Shown here: positions 35,306 to 48,455 of the stretch, in pieces
Numbering within the stretch: position 1 is the first letter of the stretch
Layout of the letters: every line of letters begins with the position of its first letter
Assembly (NCBI RefSeq): GCF_006345805.1
Contig: NC_043001.1
Location: 91,822,001 to 91,886,000, forward strand
DNA from: Octopus sinensis
Taxonomy: Eukaryota
Reading direction: 5' to 3'
Length of the DNA stretch: 64,000 nt
The notes under the pieces: generated by a model
What the model saw: only the letters and a program-made list of their open reading frames with translations
Databases searched by the model: none
What the model was told of the DNA's origin: nothing
Position numbers and translations under genes: made by a program

Positions 35306-35812
35306 ATATATTTTTATACATCCTCTAAATAGTCGACTTCTTACACTTCGCCGGGCAACTGAACACAAGAACCTGCTCAATTTTGCTTTCCACAGGTCTT
35401 CAGAAATCCATTTCTTCTTTTAGCCATTCGTTCTCATTGAAAATGTGTCATATTTTACTTATAGAGTATGTATGCTGTCCACTAGAAATATAACTTCTAA
35501 TATTAAAAAGTTTAAAATCTATGAAGGTTACTCTGAGCAAAATATGACAAATTTTCAAAGTAGATTTGTGATTTCAAAAGTCATTTATTGATAGTGACTG
35601 TTGTAAACTTTTCCGTCGTTTCAAGTGGTTCCCCCATTAAATAAGTTTTCTCTTGGGCCCAACAGATTTCGCACTCCCCTACTTCTACACACACACACAG
35701 AGGCGTGTCAGTATACGTGTGTGCATGTACATATTTACTGCAGAATGTCTTATATGCGGTGCGTCTGAGGAGAAAGATACTTGGTTAAGAGGACAAACCT
35801 GAAGATTACCGG

Positions 35813-36238
35813 GGATCTTTTCGGTTTGCACGGCAGTTTTTAACATAATTTCTAGGTAACTATAAAATTTTAAACTTCGTATACTGGTAGGATGTGTTTA
35901 TAAAACATCTTTTTCTCTTGGCTTTATTGAGAAAATTCTATAGTTTGTAAGATATTTGTTGTATTTTTTCTTCAATTTCTGCAATTTCAACCAATCACTG
36001 ACGTCTATTGAGGTAAAAAACATTCTGTGCCGTATGAATATGTCCCTCGTTTAAGAAACAGATTGGGTTTATTTACATTTGTGAAGTAAAAAGATACCAT
36101 TCCCCCCACTCCTAACCCTAACTAACCCTAAACCTAAAACAGATTGAAATGCAATAGATCGATACTAGGGTCATAATTATGGGTGACATTTTCATATGAC
36201 ACCGCTAGAAAAAACTGCCGTTCAAACCGAAATGATCC
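35813..36238. mobile_element. 426-bp MITE with 8-bp TSD (Merlin-like), inverted copy of 22073-22504
   Basis: TSD ATT(A/G)CCGG at 35805-35812 and 36239-36246; same TIRs. Confidence 0.92.
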
Positions 36239-36754
36239 ATTGCCGGACTATAAAGGCAATGGCTTCATCTAAGTTAGACCATATATCTTTCTCTTAATAT
36301 TGAAAGTGTTTCGTAAAGAAAAAAAACAAAATAAAATTTTTCAAGTAAAAGGAAAATATTCCAAGCCAAATATCCCAAGTAAGAGGCAAAGTTTGAATGC
36401 TTAACGATAAAAAACGGTTCAAGAATAAGGTATTTAAATAATATAATCTATTCGGTGTATTTTGAAAGCAATACTCATTAGTAGTTACTAAAACGTTTCT
36501 GTGAAAGACACTGTTGAATGCACAGAAATCACTCTTAGTCACTTAACATTCAACAATTTAACACCTGTTCGTTTTTCGTTGAAAACTATGAATGCGAAAC
36601 TAATGAGCTGATTTCTGTATTTCTTGACGACGGGACATAAAATTGCAAAAGCATTTATTATATATATATAACTATTTTTTTTTTTTATATATCAAAACCG
36701 GTTATGGTGAAATGCTTATACATATAAATGTAGCATATGTATATAATATTTATA

Positions 36755-36942
<188 letters not shown>

Positions 36943-36945
36943 TGT

Positions 36946-37252
36946 GGAGGTGTAATGGCCCAGTGGTTAGGGCAGCGGACTTGCGTTCGTGGGATCGCGG
37001 TTTCGATTCCCAGGCCGGCGTTGTGAGTGTTTATTGATCGAAAACACCTAAAGCTCCACAAGGCTCCAGCAGTGTGTGTGTGGTGGGGTGATCCCTGCTG
37101 TACTCTTTCGCCACTACTTTCTCTCAATCTTTCTTCTGTTGGCCTGCTCGCTTAGCCAGCGGGGTGGCGTCATTTAAAGGCTAAAACAATGCGAAGCGCA
37201 TTGTGACCAGCGATGTGTAGCAACATCTGATAGCCTGGTCGGTCACAGTGAT
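36946..37252 (+). mobile_element. Full-length family-C SINE
   Basis: Colinear with 6202-6510. Confidence 0.92.
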
Positions 37253-37264
37253 ATATATATATAT

Positions 37265-37610
37265 GAAGGCGCATGGCTCAGTGGTTAGAGCGTCGAGCTT
37301 ACGATCGTGAGGTTGTGAGCTCGAATCCCGGACCGGGCTGCGTGGTGTGTTCATGAGCAAGGCACTTTATTTCACGTTGCTCCAGTTCACTCAGCTGTAG
37401 AAATGAGCTGCGACGTCACAGGTGTCAAGCTGTATCGACTTTTGTCTTTCCCTTGGATAACACTGGTGGCGTGGAGAGGGGAGGCCGGTATGCATGGGCG
37501 ACTGCTGGCCTTCCATAAACAACCTTGCCCGGACTTGTGTCTAGGAGGATAACTTTCTAGGTGCAATCCCATGGTCATTCATGACCGAAGGGGGTCTTTA
37601 CCCTTACCCT
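37265..37610 (+). mobile_element. Full-length family-E SINE
   Basis: A-box TGGCTCAGTGG, B-box GCTCGAATCC, CORE-like TTCATGAGCAAGGCACTT, tail GACCGAAGGGGGTCTTTACCC. Confidence 0.92.
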
Positions 37611-37660
37611 ATATATAATATGTACACACATAAATATAGCATATCTATATAAATATATGT

Positions 37661-37957
37661 GGAGGCACATGGCCTAGTGGTTAGAGCATCGGACTTGCGG
37701 TCGAAGGATCGCGGGTTTGAATCTCAGACCGGGTGATGTGTGTGTTTATGAGCGAAACATCTAAGCTCCACACGGCTCCGGCAGAAGGTAATGGCAAATT
37801 TCTGCTGACTCTTTCGCCACAACTTTCTCTTACTCTTTCCTCCTGCATCTTGCAGCTCACCTGCGACGGACCGGCGTCCCGTCCAGGTGGGGAACCTATA
37901 CGCCAAGGAAACCGGGAAACCGGTCCTTATGAGCCAGGTGTGGCTCGAGGAAAAACA
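37661..37957 (+). mobile_element. Full-length family-D SINE
   Basis: A-box TGGCCTAGTGG, B-box GTTTGAATCT, body shared with family C, tail CTGCGACGGACCGGCGTCCCGTCCAGG...GAAACCGGGAAACCGG. Confidence 0.92.
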
Positions 37958-38487
37958 ATATAAATATATATATACACACATGCATATATAGTATATATAT
38001 GATATATCCTTACACACACACACACACACATATATATTGCTATAATGCAAAAGTGTCGTAAGAACAAAACGTTTGTTTTTTCAGAAAACGAAAAGATAGT
38101 TTCACAATTCCATTAGCAGCAGTTTCAGCGTAACAATAATATTTTGTTGGGTGCTGAGAAAACCGCGCGGTGGCGGTGGATTTTGAAAATTTAGAGCATA
38201 TAGGCTTGAGGCTTCCTTGCTGTCGCCTCGTGGACATATTCTCGTCCTAGGCTTCTCTGCTGATGAGACACGCCAGTTGTAAGCAAATTTAATTTAATTT
38301 AATTAATTTGTTTACCAAAGTTTGTCGAAACTATGCATAGTCCAGAGATGAAAAGGGTAAATGTTTTTATTTCTCTTCCAATTTCAGAATTACAACTATT
38401 TAGCAGTTTGAGTTTGGCTGCTCTTTCTAGTGAGTCGAATGGCCTATCAGGGCCATTCCTTATATTGTTGAATTATATATATATATA

Positions 38488-38523
<36 letters not shown>

Positions 38524-38527
38524 GTGT

Positions 38528-38697
38528 GTGCAAGAGTGGCTGTGTGGTAAGTAGCTTGCTAACCAACCACATGGTTCTGGCTTCAGTCCCACTGCGTGGC
38601 ACCTTGGGCAAGTGTCTTCTACTATAGCCTCGGGCCGACCAATGCCTTGTGAGTGGATTTGGTAGACGGAAACTGAAAGAAGCCCGTCGTATATTTG

Positions 38698-38730
<33 letters not shown>

Positions 38731-38940
38731 GAGTGTTTGTGTGTCTATGTTTGTCTCCCTAGCATTGCTTGACAACCGATGCTGGTGTGTTTACGTCACT
38801 TAGCGGTTCGGCAAAAGAGCCCGGTAGAATAAGTACTGGGCTTACAAAGAATAAGTCCCGGGGTCGATTTGCTCGACTAAAGGCAGTGCTCCAGCATGGC
38901 CGCAGTCAAATGACTGAAACAAGTAAAAGAGTAAAAGAGA
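38528..38940 (+). mobile_element. Full-length family-A SINE
   Basis: Consensus match. Confidence 0.95.
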
Positions 38941-38987
38941 TGTATGTATGTATGTATGTATGTATGTATATATGTATGTATTGTATA

Positions 38988-39031
<44 letters not shown>

Positions 39032-39814
39032 TATACATACATACATACATACTTACATACATAACTTAAAACACTTGTTCACTTTCTCCCCTTCGGCTTA
39101 CACACGGACGCACACCCATTAATTAAATGACATCCGCTTCCGGATTAGGATCTCTTATTACTCTACCATATTGAAGCTGGAGTCGTTTCCAGTTTCTCTC
39201 TCTCTCTCCAGGTACTTTTAAAACTAAATGGAAACTTCAGGATATAGATTAAAGCAAAAAATATTAAAACGGAAATTAAAATTACAACTTTCTACCTCCA
39301 TTCTATTTCTCATCATTTCTAGCGGGTATTTAGCGACACCAACTAATCTATAGCATTGACATCGTAAGCCAAATGGGAGGAAAGCTCTCTCTGTTGTTCC
39401 CTCGGTCAACTTGAAATAGAAAGCAATCTAAGCACCTTATCAAATTATGTTGTTTTTAAATGTGGAGGGTAAATGCATCCAAGATGGCGTATTTTTAGAT
39501 GCAGTATGTTTTCAAAAAGGCTGATTAGTTAGAACGCCGTTGATCGTGAGCGTATGCGATTATGAGTGATCTGGTGCTAACCACAACCAACTGCACCACC
39601 GTCACCGCCGCAACATGATCTTCACCTATATCATTCGTTGCTGAATATATTGCAGCATCGAAAAATATGCCTGTGCGTATCTTTATCTGTCTGTGTGACT
39701 GCGTGACTGTCTGACTCTGTTTATCTGTCTGTCTCTCTGTCTTCTTCTCTCTCTAACTCTTTCTCTCACTCTCTCTTTCTCTCACTCTTGCTTACCCCTC
39801 TCTGTCTCTCTCGC

Positions 39815-40013
39815 ATAACGCGGTGCTCCAGCATAGCCGCAGTCAAATGACTGAAACAAATAAAAGAGTAAAAAAATATACTGCGTGGCACCTTGGGCAA
39901 GTATCTTCTACTCTAGCCTCGGACCGACCAAAGCCTTGTGAGTAGATTTGGTAGACGGAAACTGAAAGAAGCCCGTCGTATATATGCACACAAACACATA
40001 CACATATTATATA

Positions 40014-40049
<36 letters not shown>

Positions 40050-40210
40050 TGTATGTATGTATGTATGTATGTATATGTTTGTGTGTCTGTGTTTGTCCGC
40101 CCAACATCGCTTGACAACCGATGCTGGTGTGTTTACGTCCCCGTAACTTAGCGGGTCGGTAAAAGAGACCGATAGAATAAGTACTAGGCTTACAAAGAAT
40201 AAGTCCTGGG
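39815..40210 (+). mobile_element. Family-A SINE tail fragment followed by a 5'/3'-truncated copy
   Basis: Consensus blocks at 39815-39870 and 39881-40210. Confidence 0.85.
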
Positions 40211-40554
40211 GCACAAACACATTAACACAAAATCTATTGTGAAAAAACATCTTTCCTTTTCTTGCTTCAGCAATATTTTATCAGCCATCAATCGACTGAA
40301 ATGGAAAACTAAACAAAGTTTAGTAGTCGAGGAGTGTAGTAGTTATGATTACAAGTTAGTTGCCAACTGGAATTTAATGCTGTTTCTATTGTGAACTAAA
40401 ATAAAAGCAAAATTTCCACGCTACTAAAAATTTCCGTCTGATGTGAAACAAGTCAGCGTCGAATCAGCAACGCCGAAAAGGTGGTGTTAAAACGGCTGTA
40501 CCGAAACGTCTGATAGCCAATGACGGGACGTGACGTGTAATGGATGTTTCTCGT

Positions 40555-40870
40555 TACCTTTGAAAGAGACTGCATGGTTTTACCCCATTGGAGGATGTTT
40601 TCAAGGTCCCAGGAGTCAGTGTGGACGTTTGGCGTGTGGTGCCTAGGTTGATGATGTTTGAGTGCGGAAGCTTAGTAAGGAGTAATTAGAGTATCATCCA
40701 TGCAGGAGGTGACATTGTTGTGAGTGACGGCAAAGTAAACCGTAGATGTATGGTAGGAAAATTGGACGAAATAGATCTGAACTTCGGGGCACACCAGAGT
40801 TTAAAACGTGAGCGTCAGAGATAGCTCCATCGAATAGGCCGAGGTGCTACGATCTAGTAGGAAAACAATG
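40555..40870 (-). mobile_element. CR1/L2-like LINE reverse-transcriptase relic
   Basis: Minus translation NSGVPRSSDLFRPIFLPYIYGLL...LHG*YS...DLENILQWGK resembles GVPQGS.L.P.LF..YINDL...(Y/F)ADD...DL..I..W. Confidence 0.65.
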
Positions 40871-41035
40871 AGGAAAGAAACTTGAGACGGATGCTCCCCA
40901 CCATGTGGGAGGATGGTAGTTTTATTTGAAAATGTAGGCGCCGACTTTGAAAGCACTGTTTTTCCTCAGATTTTTCAAAGGTTTCACTTTTGGTACTAGG
41001 CCAGCAATTATAGGGGGCTATCAACAAGTATTTGT

Positions 41036-41685
41036 TTTATCGAATTTCGAAAAGATGAAAAGTAAAGTCGACCTCGGTAGAACTCAGGACATAAAGAGCC
41101 AGATGAAATGCCGCTAAGCATTTTTGTCCTATGTGCCAGTGATTCTTATTTCTTTATTGCCCACAAGGGGCTAAACACAAAGGGGACACACAAGGACAGA
41201 CAAACGGATTCATCGACCCCGAAAGGATGAAAGGCAAAGTCGACTTTGGCGGAATTTGAACTCAGTACGTAAAGACAGGCGAAATATCTATTTCTTTACT
41301 ACCCACAAGGGGCTAAGCACAGAGAGGACAGACAAGGACAGACAAACGGATTAAGCCGATTATATCGACCCCAGTGCGTAACTGGTACTTAAATTATCGA
41401 CCCCGAAAGGATGAAAAGCAAAGTCGACCTCGGCGGAATTTGAACTCGGAACGTAACAACAGACAAAATACGGTTACGCATGTTGCCCGGCGTGCTAAGG
41501 TTTCTGCCAGCTCGCCACCTGGCCGTGAATCAATTATTCCAGAAACATCCTTACTATTTATGAAAAAAATAAAAGAGGGGACAAACAAGGACAGACAAAC
41601 GGATTAAGTCGATTATATCGACCTCAGTGCGTAACTGGTACTTGATTTATCGACCCCGGAAGGATGAAAGGCAAAGTCGACCTCT
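41036..41685 (-). mobile_element. Array of four family-B SINE units
   Basis: Junctions at 41145/41146 (GATTC|TTATTTC) and 41287/41288 (GAAATAT|CTATTTC); extra partial unit 41575-41685. Confidence 0.85.
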
Positions 41686-41934
41686 TTTTATTCTGCTTGA
41701 TTCACTTTGAAGTAAATAAATATTGAAAGGCGCTTTGCTTTCAATATCGATTACAAAACTGAAAGCATGAAAGCTTGTCAGCACTTAGAGCTAACAAATT
41801 TGATCTTCACATTATTTATGTTAACTTCAGCTGTTGCACGACATTTTCTGGGCAAAATAAAAAGAAGAAAAATACTATCCATGTTATGCTCATATTGCTC
41901 TCACTCAAAATTGTCGAAGCATAAAATAAACTAT

Positions 41935-42345
41935 AGGCATAAGAGTGGCTATGTGGCAAGTAGCTTGCTTACAAACCACATGGTTCCGGGTTCAGTCCCA
42001 CTGCGTGGCACCTTGGGCAAGTGTCTTCTATTATAGCCTCGGGCCGACCAAAGCCTTGTGAGTGGATTTGGTAGATGGAAACTGAAAGAAGCCCGTCGTA
42101 TATATGTATATATGTCTGTGTGTGTGTGTGTTTGTGTGTCTGTGTTTGTCCCCCGCAACATCGCTTGACAACCGATGCTGGTGTGTTTACGTCCCTGTAA
42201 CTTAGCGGTTCGGCATAAGAGATCGATAAAATAAGTACTAGGCTTTCAAAGAATAAGTCCTGGGGTCGATTTGCTCGACTAAAGGTGATGCTCCACCATG
42301 GCCACAGTCACATGACTGAAACAAGTAAAAGAGTAAAGAGTAAAG
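41935..42345 (+). mobile_element. Full-length family-A SINE
   Basis: Consensus match. Confidence 0.95.
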
Positions 42346-42875
42346 AGTACCCACGGACATTGTTCGCAGTCAGGACAATGCATCCTTCAAACATTTCATG
42401 CTTCTCGAAATTCGCCAACACTACTCTTGGCGTACCTACTCACCGTGCAAAATCGAAGACATGCAAAACAAGATACGCTTTTAATGATGACATCAATAAG
42501 AATAACACAGGCAAAATTTAAGCAATGTTTTGTGGAAATTGCGATAATAAATACGTTAATCGTGTGCATATGTTTGTGCAAACACGCACGCACTCCCCCA
42601 CATACACACACACACACATACACATTATGGTTTCGTTTAAGCTCAGTAATACCAATATCAAGATGTTCTAACTCAATACACTTATGTCAGACATGTTGAC
42701 CAGAAGTGCTTGCGGTCAGCATATTTGAAGGGTCCTTAATATTGCCAAGTACAGTAGTCAGCACGAAACCGATGGTGACTTTCTGTTCTGCTATATATAT
42801 ACTGCTCGATGGTACACACACATCGCGCGCGCGCGTATGTAATATATTCTTATCTCTCTCTCAGATATATATATG

Positions 42876-42913
<38 letters not shown>

Positions 42914-42960
42914 CTAATATGCAGACAAATTAAATATAACAGCTAGGGTTTGATATATAT

Positions 42961-43026
<66 letters not shown>

Positions 43027-43186
43027 TCATAATTGCCTCAATATCTACTCAACTTGATTCTTCTTGTAATCACTCATTACCCCGACGAATTGTCCCTCGT
43101 AAAAACATCGGAGTCTCAGTTGGTTGGAATCATTTGAGCCCTAATAAGTGATTTTTATACGAGAATCTCTGGACATCATCAGTTGA

Positions 43187-43261
<75 letters not shown>

Positions 43262-43318
43262 TATCTATCTATCTGTCCGTCTGTCTGTCTGTATGATCTA
43301 TCTATCTATCTATCTATG

Positions 43319-43379
<61 letters not shown>

Positions 43380-43438
43380 TTTTATTCTTTTATTTGTTTC
43401 AGTCATTTGACTGTGGCCATGCTGGAGCACCGCCTTAA

Positions 43439-43473
<35 letters not shown>

Positions 43474-43500
43474 GATATATTATAATATATATATATATAT

Positions 43501-43954
43501 ACCGTTAATTCTCGAGTATAATCGCATTTTTTCCAAAAATTTAAAGATAAAAATCCCTAGTGCGTAAATATACGAGGTTAAAAGGGAAAAATGTTTTCTA
43601 ATCAATGTCCGAGTCCCTATTTGCTGTCCGGCAATGTTTATTCAGACGCATTTTGTGATGTCGGGCGCGAAAATACCTTAAGCTAAGCCTGAAAGCAATG
43701 AAGTCATAAAAGAATCATCCATAACTTGCAATAAGCAACATTTATTAAACGTTTGCATTATGTTATACATACAATAATAATAACGGACGTTACCGTATAC
43801 AGTTTTACAAACCAAGGATGCTATATAGACCTCCTTGACTCAAGTTAGAGAAGGAGTGCGTATTATACAGAAGGTTTAGGTTTTTCAGAGAAACAGCCCC
43901 CTAAAAATCCCCTGTGTATTATACTCAAGGTCGGACTATACTCGAGGATTTACG

Positions 43955-43956
<2 letters not shown>
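43501..43956. mobile_element. pogo/Tigger-like MITE in a (TA)n tract
   Basis: TIRs ACCGTTAATTCTCGAGTATA / TATACTCGAGGATTTACGGT, TA flanks. Confidence 0.85.
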
Positions 43957-43985
<29 letters not shown>

Positions 43986-44890
43986 ATGATTTTGCTTAGA
44001 CACAGTGATACTGATAACTAGTTGTTCAAAATCAATATACACATGCTTTAGAATAAAACGTTAAGTGAGTACAGAGTGTATATATTGATTATTGAATGAA
44101 ACGAGCTCGCAGAATCGTCAAGCAGGCAGGGCAAGATGCTTAGCGGACTTTTGTCCATCATCACGTTCTGAGTTCATATTTAGTCAAGGCCGACGTTACC
44201 TTTCATCATTTTGGGGCAGATAAAATAAGTACCTGTCGAGCCCTAGAGTTGGTGTAATCGACTTCCGCTCTCCTCCAAATTGCTGGCCCTGTGCTTAAAT
44301 TTGAAATCAATATTAATTATTGAATGACACGTCCCTAATCACACAAAGAGAGCACACAGGTGGAAAAGAAAGTGGAAAAACAGTACTCAAATACCTAAGG
44401 TAGAGTAAAACACTGTTAATAAAACCGAAAAAATTTCACAAACTGTTACTCATATATGTATGTTATGCGTATGTACTTATGTGTATGTATGTATGTATGT
44501 ATGTATGTATGTATGTATGTATGTATGAATTTGAACTCGGAACTTAAAGACAGGCGAAATACCACTAAGCATTTTAACCGGCGTGCTAACGATCCTGCCA
44601 GCTCGCCATCACAACAACAACAACGATCATGATGATGTTGATGATGATGATGATTTCAAACTTTGGCACAAGACCAGCAAGTCAGGGGAAGGGAATGAAT
44701 CGATTACGTCGACCCCAGTACACAACTGGCAATTATTTTATCGACCCCGAAAGAATGAAACGAAAAAATCTACCTCGGCGGAATTCGAACTCAGAACGTA
44801 AAGCCGGACGTCCCTCCGCTATATACGCTGTATCTTTTAACACAGCAAGTCCCTAAGAAATGATATCTCCAGACGAATAACAACGTGATT

Positions 44891-45393
44891 ATATTAAGTA
44901 AAAAGGCGACGAGCTGGCAGAAACGTTAGCACGCTGGGCGAAATGCGTAGCCGTATTTCGTCTGCCGTTACGTTCTGAGTTCAAATTCCGCCGAGGCCGA
45001 CTTTGCCGTTCATCCTTCCGGGGTCGATAAATCAAGTACCAGTTACGCACTGAGGTCGATATAATCGACTTAATCCGTTTGTCTGTCCTTGTTTGTCTCC
45101 TCTGTGTTTAGCCCCTTGTGAGTAGCAAAGAAATATATATTAAGTAAAAGGTGGCGAGCTGGCAGAAACGTTAGCACGCCGGACGAAATGCTCGGCAGTA
45201 TTTCGTCTGTCGCTACTTCTGAGTTCAAATTCCGCCGAGGTCGACTTTGCCTTTCATCCTTTCGGGGTCAATAAATAAAGTACCAGTTACGCACTGGGGT
45301 CGATGTAGTTGACTTAATCCCTTTGTCTGTCTTTGTTTCTCCCCTCTATGTTTAGCCCCTTGTGGGCAATAAAGAAATACATATTAAGTAAAA
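44891..45393 (+). mobile_element. Two full-length family-B SINEs in tandem sharing one 13-bp target repeat (three copies)
   Basis: ATATTAAGTAAAA at 44891-44903, 45137-45149 and 45381-45393. Confidence 0.92.
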
Positions 45394-45992
45394 TACATAG
45401 ATGGATAGTAAGATACAGCTTTTAATGCTGGTTTCAATTTTTTGTTTCTTTTCACGTAGCAAACTGTAGGTCGATAGTTCCCACACGACGTCAGGTTTCC
45501 GCCCTACGCTGTATCTATATAAAGACCACCACACCTTCACGATTCTCCTTACAGTCCCGCTGGGGGATGGGGGAATATACCACGTGACCATAAACTTATA
45601 AGAACATGTGACTCCCATAAACACAATGTACCCAGTGATAGTGTGTGTGTGTGTGTGTAGATGTGTGTATGTATATACGCACTTGAATATATAACCATAC
45701 ATCGTAGCAGATACAACGCCCTCTGGTGTGATTTTAGTAAATAAAATCTGGAAGAAGCCCGTTGTCTGTGTATATATGTGTGTGTGTGTGGAGGTGGGTG
45801 GGTGTTTGTGCTGTTTGTTCCCCACCACTACTTGACAACCAGTGTTGCTTTGTTTACGGCCCCATTATATATCGGTTGGGCAATGGTAGTCGATAGAAGA
45901 AGTACTGGACTTAAAAAGTATGAATTGGGGCTGATTTGCTCCATTAAACCCTTCAAGGCGGGGCTCAAAACTCCACACACACACGCACACAC

Positions 45993-46024
<32 letters not shown>

Positions 46025-46217
46025 CTGCACGCACACATACACGAATATGCATAAGTAGCTTTTTTCCTAATTGCTCTTTTACGTGCTTCAGTCACTGGAC
46101 TGCGGCCATGCTGCAGCACTACCTTGAAAGGCTTCGTAAATCGACCCCAGAACTTATTTCAAAGTCACACGTTTCTATATTTATAAAAGCACGGTATACA
46201 TTATTGGCTTAAATATC

Positions 46218-46393
46218 AGGGGCGGACCCAAGATGTGGAGGGGGAGGCCAAGGCGCCCGTGCCCCTCTTCAAGAAAAGAAGTGCGCCCTTCTAAATAATG
46301 TCATAACGCCCTTTTCTCCTGGAATTCCCTTCTGACCTTGTGCCCTTCCTTCGAAAAATCCCTGGGATCAGCCCTGAATCTGATCCGCCCCAG
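46218..46393. mobile_element. Small hAT-like MITE
   Basis: Termini CAGGGGCGGACCC and GATCAGCCCTG / GATCCGCCCCAG. No clear TSD. Confidence 0.5.
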
Positions 46394-46611
46394 CCCCTCT
46401 CCCACTATTTTTTGGGGTTCTCCCGTTATTCGGTTTTGCATAGAAATTAGCTTCCATTGCAACTATGAAATATTTAACAGTATAATTACTACGCACACTC
46501 ACATGTGCGTGCGCGCATCTGGTATATTGTTTGCGTATATGTATGTTACAGTCTATCGTTATCAATCTACCTATCTGTTTCACTACACACACACACACAC
46601 ACAAAACGATA

Positions 46612-46901
46612 AACGTCGCCCTTATCAAGCCTAGCCAGGCTCATGGGCCCGGTTTCCCAGTTTCTGTGGCGTATTTGATCCCCCCAGCTGGACGGGACGC
46701 CAGTCCATCGCAGAGTTGCTCAAGAAACGGGAAGATAGAGCGAGAGAAAGTTGTGGCGAAACAGTACAACAGGGGTCGCCACCACACCCTGCCGGAGCAT
46801 CGTGGAGCTTTTAGGTGTTTTCGCTCAATAAACACACACAACGCCCGGTCTGGGAATCGAAACCGCGAGTCCGTTACCCTAACCACTGGGCCATTGTGCC
46901 T

Positions 46902-46903
<2 letters not shown>
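46612..46903 (-). mobile_element. SINE with family-C head/body and D/F-type tail
   Basis: Minus: GGAGGCACAATGGCCCAGTGG...CCCTGTTGTACTGTTTCGCC...CTGCGATGGACTGGCGTCCCGTCCAGC...GAAACCGGGCCCATGAGCC. Confidence 0.85.
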
Positions 46904-46946
<43 letters not shown>

Positions 46947-46999
46947 ATCGCTAATAAATACAAATACCCAAAGACATACACATGTAATGGAATGCATTA

Positions 47000-47400
47000 C
47001 ATATATTCTCTTATTTGTTTCAATCATTTGACTGCGACCATGCTGGAGCACCGCCTTTAGTCGAACAAAACGACCCCAGGACTTATTCTTTGTAAGTCTA
47101 GTACTTATTCTATCGGTTCTCTTTTTTGCCGAACCGCTAAGTTACGGGGACGTAAACACACCAACATTGGTTGTCAAGCGATGGCTGTGTGACATACACA
47201 CACACACACACAACACACACACACACACACACACGACGGACTTCTTTCAGTTTCCGTCTACCAAATCCACTCACAAGGCTTTGGTCGGCCCGAGGCTATA
47301 GTAGAAGACACTTGCCCAAAGTGTCACGCAGTGGGACCGAACCCGGAACCATGTGGTTGGTAAGCAAGCTACTTACCACACAGTTACACCTGCGCCTGCG
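47000..47400 (-). mobile_element. Full-length family-A SINE
   Basis: Consensus match. Confidence 0.93.
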
Positions 47401-47430
47401 TAATATTTATACACTCTCTCTCTCTCAATA

Positions 47431-47803
47431 TCTCTCTATATATAAACGGCAGTTTGTCTGTGCGTGTTTCTGTGTGTCTGTTTGCTTGTACCCTCACCCT
47501 GACCACGGCTTTCAACCGATTCTGATGAAACTTGACACACACATAGCCCAATGTCATAATTCAAAACTAACGCAGCCAAAATTTTGAAAAGTTCCCCCAG
47601 TTCTGAAAAAAATCGATAAATTCGACATGGGGTCGAGAATCAGAAACACGAACCACAAACTGTCTAGGGGACGCAACTCCATCCTTTTTTAACTCTCAAA
47701 AAAAATTTACCATATTTTTTTCCATTTTTTGGCTATAACTCTCTAAAAATGCTTTATAGTTATTTCCCTTACAAACCTGAGCAACGCCGGGCGATACTGC
47801 TAG
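47431..47803 (+). mobile_element. Non-autonomous Helitron
   Basis: A|TCTCTCTATATATAAACGGCA ... CCTGAGCAACGCCGGG hairpin ... CTAG|T, inserted in an AT dinucleotide. Confidence 0.88.
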
Positions 47804-47814
47804 TGTATGTATAA

Positions 47815-48455
47815 AGGCGGCGAGCTGGCAGAATCGTTAGAACGCTGGGCAAAATGATTAGCAGTATTTCGTCTGTCTTTATGAAACTAAGATCAAATTC
47901 CGCCAAGGTTGACTTTGCTTTTCATCCTCTCGGAGTCGATAAAATAAGTAACAGTTGAGCACTGGGGTCCAATGTAATCAGCTTGCTCCTCCCCTGAAAT
48001 TGGTGGCCTTATACCAAAATTCTCTCTCTCTCTCTCTATCTTATTTCTTTATTGCCCACAAAGGGATAAACATAGAGGGGACAAACAAGGACAAAGGGAT
48101 TAAGTCGATTATATCGACCCCAGTGCGTAACTGGTACTTATTTAATCGACCCTGAAAGGATGAAGGGCAAAGTCGACATCGGAGGAATTTGAACTCAGAA
48201 CGTAAAGACAGACGAAATACCTATTTCTTCACTACCCACAAGGTGCTAAACATAGAAGGGACAAACAAGGACAGACAAACGGATTAAGTCGATTATATCG
48301 ACCCCAGTGCGTAACTGGTGCTTGTTTAATCGACCCCGAAAGGATGAAAGGCAAAGTCGACCTCGGCGGAATTTGAACTCAGAACGCAGCGGCGGACGAA
48401 ATACCGCAAAGCATTTCGCCCGGCGTGCTAACGTTTCTGCCAGCTCGCCACCTTA
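47815..48455. mobile_element. Family-B plus copy (47815-48020) tail-to-tail with a minus dimer (48040-48455)
   Basis: Dimer junction GAAATAC|CTATTTC at 48220/48221. Confidence 0.88.

Noticed and set aside
38040-38290. ORF MSTRRQQGSLK... and a CTGATGAG motif
   Set aside because: No recognisable domain; no GAAA or stem II after the CTGATGA.
40430-40520. CTGATGT...CCGAAACGTC as a hammerhead
   Set aside because: Core is incomplete, the spacer is long and no stems I or II can be drawn; it is adjacent to a LINE relic.
41036-41685. CRISPR-like repeat-spacer array
   Set aside because: The repeats are ~200-bp SINE units with no unique spacers or cas genes, in eukaryotic DNA.
42440-42480. Minus-strand donor CG|GTGAGT with a 34-nt putative exon
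   Set aside because: Weak acceptor, no recognisable peptide; expected by chance.
45352-45828. 158-aa minus ORF as a host gene
   Set aside because: Starts in a degenerate SINE and a CA tract. An alternative frame (QRDCKENREGVVVFI) weakly resembles a LINE endonuclease RDR..RGGGV..YI motif, so it is more likely a TE relic.
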